From the NCBI RefSeq assembly GCF_036588685.1, contig NC_086373.1, positions 21,886,001 to 21,950,000 of the forward strand: a DNA stretch of 64,000 bases. Reading direction: 5' to 3'. Source of the DNA: Mytilus trossulus. Its lineage: Eukaryota. Below are positions 39,101-51,100 of the stretch, in pieces (position 1 is the stretch's first letter; each line of letters begins with the position of its first letter). The notes beneath the pieces were generated by a model that was given only the letters and a program-made list of their open reading frames with translations, did no database searches and was not told where the DNA came from. A program made the translations under genes and the position numbers.

Positions 39101-42100
39101 ATAAGCTATACCTTAACTGTGTAATCAATTATAAAAGACCAGACGTGACAAAATGGGAAACACTTCAAACGAAAAAATCAACGGCATGATTTATAATTAA
39201 ATCAATATACGACAAATAATATGACAAACATCAACAAACGGCAACCACTGAATAAAAGGATCATTACAGTCACAAATAGCATTTGTAATGGTTAAACATA
39301 TTTGTGAGCAAGTCTACCCATATAACCTGTAACAACGATATAACAGTACAGCATAAGAACAGAATATAAATCTCTGTTGGAAATGGCTTGACTCATCAGT
39401 TCGGCATGGCGAACAAACAAAAAATAACAAAGGAAAAAATCTATCAAAGTTCCAATTAAAATGTATCCTAAATAAGTAAACACTATTTCAAAGCCAATAT
39501 CAATTGATAATCAAACTATGTTCTTGCAGTTTTAATCATTCTTTTTACCGAAAACCATAATGGAGTGCTGATTTCCATGTACAGTCAGTGCAAAAGTGTA
39601 TATGGTGTGATGATTACTCCAACATGTATGTCAAAAGTAGTTTATGAATACACCCTGCTTTATAATACATCGACATAATGAGTCGTCTTTTTGACGTACT
39701 TCTTTACATCGAACAGGAAACATGTCGACCCGCCCACAACTTTATCTAAACCTACCAATCTTTACTCCTACTCCAGAATGAATGATTCGTTTAAAGAAGC
39801 AAATAATCAAATTCATAATTAACCATGTTACTGAATTTCAAAAAAATAACATAACCATACATTTTAAACATAAGAAAGGTGAGTTAGCATTTTTCTTGAT
39901 TCAAGTTCATCGAGAACGATCAACAACAACACAGTAGATAGCCAGCGATGCGTAGAAAAAAGAGGAACGATATCAACACAGTTTTATCGTATATGGTGTA
40001 AATTCAGATCAAAATTACAAAAAGTCAATGATTTAATTCTAGAATAACTTGTTTTTAAATTCATAAAGAACATTCAAACTTTGCCTTGCGGTCAAGTAAA
40101 TAAGGAAACAGGGAATCGCGAAGTTGTATTAATGTGTTTTAGTTTTTGTTACACATGAACACATTAATATGAATGAAATGCATTCGGAATAACTATCTCT
40201 TTTAGTTAGTTTCAATCGCATCATTCATGTTGTCTTCCTCTTCTACATCGCTTAGCTTATTCCCTGTGTATCACTTTGACAAACAGCTGACCATTTATGA
40301 ACACAAACTACGTTTACTTACAGCATATTCGTCAGTAGGCCAGTTCCTTGCACTGAAAGATTTCCCAAACTGAGTTTCTCTACAATATTTAAATAATTGT
40401 ATTAATATATTGAGTTTCTGTTCATGTTAAGTTCTAAATTCAACATAAAATGAGTACCCTGAAAACTGTATATCAATACTGTATTTAGTGCCTTTACATA
40501 TTATTTTTCGTCAATATGCCGCCGAGAAGATTGCGTGACACTCTTTGGTATTATGAGTCCGTTATAATAATCTTTAGATGTAAGACCAAGCAGAACAAGA
40601 TTTGTGAAAGTTGACGACAAAAAAAAAACCAAACTTGTGAGGTTCCGATTTACTTCGTTTTTGCAGATAACACAATAGTATTGACTAAGTAAGGGAACAC
40701 AATTGAAAGGTCCTTTTGCGTTTGGAATATTGTTTCTAGATTCATCGCCATCAATAACGCATTAAGCGTCAAATGTTGAAGAGTATTAACCTCTAAGTTA
40801 TTGATAAAAGATTAAAAACATTAGAAGTTTAATAACGATGTTCCTAGTATCATTGGGTGCAATTCTGGGTGTCATCATAATGACTTTTTCTGAAAACTGA
40901 AAAAGTTAAAAGATGAAGTGCTTCAATGAACAAACGATTTCTAATTAAATGGCACATACAAGGACATAAGCACACACAAACAAACAATCATCTATCTGAC
41001 AAAAACATTGCCAGGTGTTTTGACTACATGTATTAATATTTTGCCGACTGGTAACCTCCTTAGTATGTAGATATTTATATCAATGAATCAGATTGTGATA
41101 TTCTATAACGAATCGCTACAATTAAAGTACGAACACACTTTTTATATAGGATATAAAAGTAAAGAAAAGTGACGTCAGAATGAAGGGAGACATGCCTGCC
41201 TGTGATGGCACCCGATTACATGCATATGTTTAACTATGTAACACTCTTTATGTATGTGCCTGTCCTAAGTCAGGAGCCTGCAATTCAATAGTTATCGTTT
41301 GTTGATATGTTACATATGTTGTCATTCGTTATTTTGTACATAAATTAGACAGTTTTTTCGTTTGAATAGTTTTACATTTGTCATTTCTGGTTCTTTTATA
41401 GCTGACTATGCGGAAAGGCTTTTGTGCATTGTTGAAGGCCTTACGGTGACCTATAGTTATCAATTTTTGTGTCATTTGGTTTCTTGTGAAAAGTTGTCTC
41501 ATTTTATTCATAACTGCACGAATTTGATTATATTCTGAAGTTTGTCATTTTTATTAGCAAAGGTTCCTACTTGGTTTACCTAAATATGATAAATATTCAA
41601 TAAAACATAGAAAAAGATACGTAATGTAACTTAGAGAATTCTATGACGTGATATATGGCTTCCGATCAGACAATCTTACTGTTTGATATTATCTTTGAAT
41701 AAAGATTGTTGGCTAAATTGTATGCTTCAAAAATGCTAACAACTTACTGACAAGGCTTTACACATTCAGGACATTCAAGCGTTCTCCCCTTCAAGTCTGC
41801 TTCAAGCTGAGCTAAACACACACGTTCTTCCAAAAAATCAAACGTTATCTCATTTATTAGTCCAAACATTTGTTTAGCGATAGTAACACAAAAATAAAAT
41901 TTATATAAAAATAAATGACATGTGGTATTGCCTATGTCTATGAGGTAAAGATTCACCAAAAGACATAGTGAAGAAAAGATGTAAACTCGTTTACTTTGTG
42001 TATGTATAGCATAAATAATATATTGTTTAAATGTTCATATGCAAATATATATCACAAAATCAAAAGGACAGATAAACAATGCGTTAATTTCACGAGCATG

Positions 42101-45100
42101 TTTACTAGTAAATACATGTTCACCTGAAATGGTCGTTTTGACCTAACAAATGAAATATTAAGTCATTTTCAGTGTACCAGTCATGTTTAAGACGTATCCA
42201 TTCTGGTACTGTTCAAACAACTCGCCATTAGTCAATAAAGAAATATGCAGTCTATGTTTAGAAGATGTAGTTTACATACATAATAATTAACACTGTACTG
42301 AATTGTCTGAAAAGGTACCAAATATAAATGAAGTATCTAAACAGTAATGCATTTATCGCAGTCAAAGATCTGACAATTGACTGAAAGACTGAACTTAACT
42401 GAGTAGTTAACTGTAAGAGTTTTCAGATGGTTTTAAGATCAAAATAATCGTTTAAGACTAAAATTTATTTACTAGTGGTTTTAATAAGGTAGACCGGAGT
42501 GGACATACTGTACTGTAACTGGCAATTATTAAATTGGTTATGACTCATTTTGATTATTAATATCAAAGTCGGACTGCATAGTTTCATGTCAAATACGGGG
42601 TAATAATCCTAAAGAATAAATATAACGATTACAATAACGGTGGAAGCGTAAAACTGGGAAAGTAAAATAAAGATTCAAATACGTTACTGCGAATGTAAAA
42701 TAAAGATTCAAAGACATTAACTCTATAACACCAAAAAAAAAAACCCAACATTTTGACAACATTTTTTAGCATTTATTTAGACTGCTTTTCATAAAGTACC
42801 CTAACATGTTCATGTTTGGGGCTAATAAACTTCAAATATACCACTTGAACACATTTCAATATTTTGGACGTTGTTGATACTTGTTTTTAAGCCTTGTTCA
42901 TTATTGTTTATAACGTTGAAACCACTAATAACGAACTTCTTACATGAAATCCCTCAATTTAAGAATGCACTGATTATGTTCGTAATTTTTATTTAGGTGT
43001 AAAAGCGTTGACCGAAGAATATTTTGTATGAAGCACTGCATTCGGAAAATGTCTGCAAGGTCAACACTTTTACCACCCTATTAAATTACTAAAGGAAACA
43101 TTCAGTACTTATAATTACATTTACTTGCTAGAATAATAAAAACGATTTCTATCAAGTTTTTCTTTAATTTAGCTGAGCACTTATTGTGGAAGCTCGTGTC
43201 GTCATGAATTTGATTTTGGAATGAAAAATAATTTTAGAATGACGCGAGATCGAAAACGGAAGAATGTTTAACACAGATATGTGGACTCCATTTGTTTTCT
43301 AGTTTCATACATATCCAACATTTTGGAATTTGTACTTTGATATTTATATCTAGTTTTGAACTCCACAAAATGATTTACCTGTTTCACTCAAGCATGGTAC
43401 CACAGAAAACGTGTAATTTAAAGTGAAGAATAGGTCTGATTCTGCATTATCAAAACAACCACAGGAGTCCACAATCAATTGTTGTTTACAAAAGTTCTGG
43501 CAAAGCTGTAAAATACATGTTTTTGGATGTCATTTCACAAACATATAGTACGAAACGTACATTATGTATGGCATGTTGGTGATATTGTATTTTAAAAATC
43601 GTTTTAAACGTATTTCTAATCATCGCACTATCAAGTCGTTTTATTATGGCAAGATATTCCCATCAAGAGTTAAACCATATTTCGAAAATTTTACACGCTT
43701 AGATTAAAAACCTTAAAACACTCAATAAGAATTAAAAAATGACACACTGATATGTCTAGGTAAAACAAATAATAAATGTCGAAAATAATTGACTGTCAGA
43801 CAACTATATGGCACTTTGACAACTTACAGGTGCTTCCATGGGTTTTTTTCGTATGAAATAGTAATCACAGGTACAAGGATTATAATTTAATTCGCCAGAC
43901 GCGCGTTTCGTCTACATAACATTCATCAGTGACGCTCATATCAAAACAGTTGAAAAGCCATACAAGTACAAAGTTGAAGACATTATTAAGGACCCAGAAT
44001 TCCAAAAGGTTATGCCATAATACGGCTAAAGTAATCTACTCCTTGGATAAGCAAATCCTTAGTCATTCGTAAAATTCTAAAGCAGAATGTAAAATTATTA
44101 AAGCAAATTGTATCGACGGAATTTAACGAGTAATCGAGGAGATACAATGATTGTTTGAACGGTTTTTAACTATCTTACCGTTCTTGTGTATTTAGCACCA
44201 TAATTGCTTAGATATGCAGTCACGTCTTGACATTCTCCGTATGGTGACCCTTTACGTATCAATTCAACCTTAAATTGAACAAAAATCAGATAATATCAAA
44301 ACAAAATAAACGCAGCAGAAATATTCCTACCCTTTACAGTATATTCGACACTTTAACATTAATGTTTAAAATCTACTGGAATAGTGGATTTCTTGTGGCT
44401 TTAAAGTTTATTGAATATAAATTTTAAAAAGTATTAGAAAGATCCTCCTAGCAGTATATCAATCCTTTAATTTTCAGATTACTTTCATTAATATGTTAGA
44501 GACTTCCAATACGATGAAAACATTAGTTCGTATGAAAGAAAAATTACTGCTATTGTACACAGACTTCCAATACGATGAAAACATTAGTTCGTATGAAAGA
44601 AAAATTACTGCTATTGTACACAGACTTCCAATACGATGAAAACATTAGTTCGTATGAAAGAAAAATTACTGCTATTGTACACAGACTTCCAATACGATGA
44701 AAACATTAGTTCGTATGAAAGAAAAATTACTGCTATTGTACACAGACTTCCAATACGGTAAAATACATTAGTTCGTATGAAAGAAAAATTACTGCTATTG
44801 TACACAGACTTCCAATACGGTAAAAACATTAGTTCGTATGAAAGAAAAATTACTGCTGTTGTACACTGACTTCCAATACGGTAAAAAAAGAAGTTAGTGG
44901 CAAGAAAAAATACTGCTGTTATACATATGAACATGTCAATTATTGTTCACAATAAACATTCTGAATATTAAAAAGAATTATGTTTGTATATGGTCTCAAT
45001 AATTATCTCCTGTAATTGTTTGAAATAAAAATGAATGGGTAAAAACATTATCGCTACAACAAAAGTATTGCAGTAATTTTAACGAAATAATATAATCACA

Positions 45101-48100
45101 TATTATTCATACTTGTTTCAATGCAACGTGAGTTTCAAATCCCGACGCCACGTACTCTCCCTCATCTGAAGGGAATGGATAGGTATATCGATCATGAATC
45201 TGTATTCGAGCCCCATATCCTTGTGTAATACCAGCTAAATATTCCTCTGTTTCTGTGTACAATGTAAGGTCTAAACCTAAAAAAAAAAGACAAATTTTAA
45301 AAACATCTATATTTACACGAAAACTTTGAATATATCGATATTTGATCAGAAACAGTATTGTTGGGACCATTTCAGGACGAAAAACAGTTTTTTCTCATTT
45401 CAAAATGTTGGTGCGATTTAGGAATAGTTCGAAATATCGGTGTTCTGCATACTATGATTTCAGAGACCACTGTTTGTCTTCCCTATGATATTGTTGGCTC
45501 TGCATTTCATTACATACTTCTTTAAAGTTTATATTGTTAACTGCTTTCCATATTCATTCATTAATTCAAACTTTGAGTTTATATGAATTTCTTTGTCATC
45601 TAGCTCATTTTTTAAAACTTGCAAATTTTTACAACTCTTGACATGCTGCCAGGTATAGAGTATAGAGGCGTCTATTACCTGAACAACTGATGTACGGTTA
45701 TTCTAGAAAGTTATATTGGCATTACAGTTTGTTCTTATGGTGTATGTTACGCTAGTGCTGCTCTTAAAGAAACTGGGGTCAAGGATCGGCACTTTCAAAC
45801 ATTTTTAACCCAGAAACATTATGTATGTGTCTGTCCAAAGTAGATAGGTTCTTGTCGTTGGTTCATGTCATTCATATTTGTTTTTCGTATTTGTTTTGTT
45901 ATAATTTCAGTAGATAGACCATCGTGTATTATTTGTTGAGGAATATTTATAAACAAGGTCTTGGTAGCTTCCGGTGAACTATTTTTAGAAATCCAACTTG
46001 AACAATAGTCTTGGGTCGTTCTGAGCGTTGATTTGATATATTTTTCGATGAACGTATAGAAACCCAAAAGAGAATCTCTTCTTTTTTCATGCTTACCATT
46101 ATCTGGACCTGCTGACGTGACTACAAATTCTTCAGACTGAATTGTAAAACAATTTCCATAGTCCTCTGTTTGAAACCATGTAAAATTTCTGTAAAATGTA
46201 ATATCTAATATTAACTCATGAATTTATTTCAGCAGACTTCTAAAGAAAAGTAACCTCACATTAAATGTAAGTTCCATGCATTGACGTTTTCAATATTTCA
46301 GATGACTTCTCATTACATAGCATGATATTATATTAGTAGAACAAGCAATATTATGCAGCCAATAATAATAATAATAAAAATACTCAATACAACTTCACTT
46401 AAAAATAAGTTTTTATTTAAAATCCAACCATTGCGAGTGCAAGTAACATATCTCCTAAATAGACCAACTAGTACTATACCGTTTAAGGCTTTTTTCTAAT
46501 TGTTGATTGCTTGAGGTTCGTCTGGTTGAGAAGTTCCATGTTTTTCATTTAAACAACTTATTTATTGCTTTTTGTCAGTGTGTTTATTGCAATAAGGATA
46601 CAGTTCAACCGAGTTATTATACCTACTTATATGCGTCACTTATTTTCTACTGAAAATGTTACTTTACTTACGATTGGTAGCATTGATATCCACCAAATGA
46701 ACAACCAATCAACAAATTATTTAACTGATGCCCCGCCTTTCGTCTGGTTGACCTAAGAGAAATATGTTCAGCATTTCAAGGTTACTGTGAGAGGTGAAGG
46801 TTATAATAGCACAAAGTAGTGGTATGCATACAATAATTGCTTTTATTGTATAGCAATATAATATTTCCCACAGAAAGTAACCAAAAGTTAGCGTGCAATA
46901 AATCTTCAAAAATTCATGACGTCATCAACGTCAAAATCAAGTTTAAACCATTTTTTACTTTTAAATATTATATTGCTATACAATAAAAGGGTTATTGCAT
47001 GAATATTGGGGAATATTGTCCCTCGTAGAACATATATTGCACTCGCAAGCTCGTGCAATATAAGACTCTACTCGGGACAATATTCCCCAATATTCATGCA
47101 ATAACCCTATATTATTCATAAGTATTCAATCGAGCAACTCATTGGCTAATATCCAATATCTCCTTTTATTCATGAGTATTCAATCGAGCAAATCATTGGC
47201 TGATATCCAATAGCTCCTTTTATTCATATGTATTCAGTTGAGCAACTCATTGACTTATACCCAATATCTCCTTCCATTCATACTTATTCAGTTGAGCAAC
47301 TCATTGGCTTATACCCAATATCTCCTTCAATTCATACTTATTCAGTTGAGCAACGCATTGACTTATACCCAATATCTCCTTCAATTCATACTTATTCAGT
47401 TGAGCAACTCATTGACTTATACCCAATATCTCCTTCAATTCATACTTATTCAGTTGAGCAACTCATTGGCTTATACCCAATATCTCCTTCAATTCATACT
47501 TATTCAGTTGAGCAACTCATTGACTTATACCCAATATCTCCTTCAATTCATACTTATTCAGTTGAGCAACTCATTGGCTTATACCCAATATCTCCTTCAA
47601 TTCATACTTATTCAGTTGAGCAACTCATTGGCTTATACCCAATATCTCCTTCAATTCATACTTATTCAGTTGAGCAACTCATTGGCTTATACCCAATATC
47701 TCCTTCAATTCATACTTATTCAGTTGAGCAACTCATTGACTTATACCCAATATCTCCTTCAATTCATACTTATTCAGTTGAGCAACTCATTGGCTTATAC
47801 CCAATATCTCCTTCAATTCATACTTATTCAGTTGAGCAACTCATTGACTGGTACCCAATATCTCCTTCAATTCATACTTATTCAGTTGAGCAACTCATTG
47901 GCTTATACCCAATATCTCCTTCAATTCATACTTATTCAGTTGAGCAACTCATTGGCTTATACCCAATATCTCCTTCAATTCATACTTATTCAGTTGAGCA
48001 ACTTATTGGCTTATACCCAATATCTCCTTCAATTCATACTTATTCAGTTGAGCAACTCATTGGCTTATACCCAATATCTCTTTCAATTCATACTTATTCA

Positions 48101-51100
48101 GTTGAGCAACTCATTGGCTTATACCCAATATCTCCTTCAATTCATACTTATTCAGTTGAGCAACTCATTGGCTTATACCCAATATCTCCTTCAATTCATA
48201 CTTATTCAGTTGAGCAACTCATTGGCTTATACCCAATATCTCCTTCAATTCATACTTATTCAGTTGACGAACTCATTTGCTTAAACCAAATGTCTTCTTT
48301 TTGTTCATATGTATTTATTCAATCAACTCACTGCTTTATACCCAACATTTCCTTTTATTCATAGTTACCCAACCAAACAACTGATTGGCTTATACCCAAT
48401 ATCTACTTGTATTCATAGTTACCTAGTCAGCCTATTCGTAGCATTTTACTGTCTGTCAAACAAATAGTTGATTGCATGTTTTACTTGCTTATCTATCATT
48501 TTTTTTAAATGCAGCGGAGGTTTAAAACAATCGATCAATAAAAAAGAGAGTGGAAATGAGGAATGTTTCAAAGATACCAACAACCCGACCAAAGAGTAGA
48601 AAACAGCCGAAGGCCACCAACGGGTTTTCACAGTGGCAAATCGTGCTTCCTCGGCCGGAGGCGGGCTTCAGCTGGCCCCTAAACAAAAATGTGTACTAGT
48701 TAAGTGAAAATGGACGTCATACTAAACTCCAAAACATATAAACGAACTCATTCAAAACTAACAAAGGCCGGTAGCTCCTGATTTGATTTGGAACCAGCGC
48801 AAAAAAATAACTATAGGGTAAATCAAAGTAAGGGAGATCTCAATCCTCCCCCTATACAACTAGCCAATGTAGAAAAAATAAACACACAGAAATATGCACA
48901 GTAAAACTCAGTTTTTAAAGAAAGTCATAATATGTCCTTTGACACATTTCACATTTCCATTCTCTTTTCATTGTTTGATTAAACCTCCGCTGCACAACTG
49001 TGTGTGATACAAAAGTGTCATAGCAAATATATTACCTTGGATGTTGCATGTATAGAGCTTGAAATGTCTGTGTTATCTGGAAGTTGTTGTCCTTCTTTTG
49101 ACCGCCTTTGTTAGTAAAATCGTAGCTTCTGGACAGATTGTCGAAGTTAATATTATCGAATTCATCAACATATCTCTTCTTTCGTTTCTTTCCAGGCGGC
49201 TACAAATTACAAAATTCATTTGTGTACTGCAACTATTATAGGTTATAGAGTTGCTACTGCTGCTAATGGACTGCTAGTTGTTCCCGGTGATATCAACCAT
49301 CTCAGGCAAAATAACCTTAGGTTGATTCTCGTTATTTTTTTATGTCCTGTTTGGTATTTTTGTTATTTTTTTATGTCCTGTTTGTTATTTTTGTTATTTA
49401 TAAATTTCCTTGGCTTTTCTATTTTATGGATTGAAACGTTGGTCATTAAAGTAATCTCGTTAAATGTGTTTCAAGTGCAACATGATAATAGTTACTATAC
49501 GGTATTGGCTTTGCTCATTGTTGAAGGCTGTACGGTGACCTATAGTTGTTAGTGTTTGTGTCATTTTGGTCTTTTGTGGATAGTTGTCTCATTGGAAATC
49601 ATACAACATCTTCTTTTTTATATAAGATTCAAGATAAACGCAAAGATAGGGAAAACCATAAAAAAAAATGTGTGGCGCTTACACGCTTCTGTAGTCCTCT
49701 TTTAAGTTCTTGTCATTAATATGATTTTATTTGAGCCAACATTTGCTACCTCAACAAAGTATTTGGCTACAATATGTTTTTAACCAAAGTGTATTAGAAG
49801 CCCAAATATCTTTTGTGAAAGTGTAAACAAACCAACAGTAAGATAAACGACCACTGTGGCACCGTTAAAGTCCACAATTCCTCTAAAGTCCACAACACCG
49901 CTAAAGGCCACAACAAATTTCTGCTAAAGCCCACAACGCCGCTAAAGTCCACAAACTTTCCGCTAAAGTCCACAAAATGACCTCCGCTAAAGTCCACAAG
50001 AAAACGCCGTTAAAGTCCACAACAACAAGTTCCGCTAAGGTCCACAAAAATGCACCGTTAAAGTCCAAACAATTTTTTTATTATAAAAAATCAATTCGTT
50101 TCTTTTTTTTTACTCCCGATAGTATAGATCTAATAAAAGAATGGATTTTTGTTCTTGTAAAGCATTTTTTATCAGCTTGAATAATATTTTTGATAAATAT
50201 AAAGATTCTGATTTTGATCCCAACAAATCTGAATTTTTCATATTGCGATTTCCTATCAATCAAAATGCGCTTTTCGTATTCTTTCGTAAACATTTGTACA
50301 TCCAAAAATAATCTAATATAGCGTTCTTTTTATTTACAAGCTAGAGACACTGACATATTTTGGAGCCTATATTTGGGGTCCTACTAAAAAGCGCCACTAA
50401 TCGCCCTGGTGAAGAAAAGTTCCCCGGGGAACATATATAGATATTATATTGGCATAAAACTACTTTGTGTCGATGAAATAAGTTATGCACATTTTTTTTT
50501 TTTTTATAATTTTAGACAAGTATTTTACAAATTTAGATAATAGACATTTCCATTCTCAATTTTATTTGTTTGTAATAAAGCACAAAAACAAGTATGAATG
50601 TTTCAATTTTAACAACAATATATATGATTACTATTTCGAAAGACAGTTAATAATGGATCACAGTTAGTGCTGAAGATTTTTTTAAATGTTAGACATCAAA
50701 AGACATGTTTTTCAAAAGCGATATCAAAACGAAAAATGCAAAACAACACAGATAGATATTAATTTTATCCGCTAAATTCCAGATACTATTTTATGATCAT
50801 GAACAAGATTCTGTCCAAATTTGGTACAAATCCAGGATAGTTTAAGACAAATATTAAAAGTTTAAACACTTTTACCACAGAGTGAATGTAATGTTTCCTT
50901 GTAGAAAAACTAACCACAAATAGAAATCATTAAAATAATAATAATGATATTATACTGAAAATAATTTAACTAATTTGAACAAAACTTACCCCATTAAACC
51001 GGGCAGGATCTGTCTGCGTCACAAGAGATTGCAAAGCCTCTGACATAATATTCAATTCACTTTTCTTCACGGCATTTACGTTACAAACTGTTACCGCTGG

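Noticed and set aside
47228-48364. 378-aa and 348-aa repetitive ORFs
   Set aside because: By-product of a 54-bp stop-free minisatellite in an intron, antisense to the channel gene; no domain similarity.
44500-48421. CRISPR-like regular repeats
   Set aside because: Head-to-tail units with no unique spacers, no cas genes, eukaryotic context.
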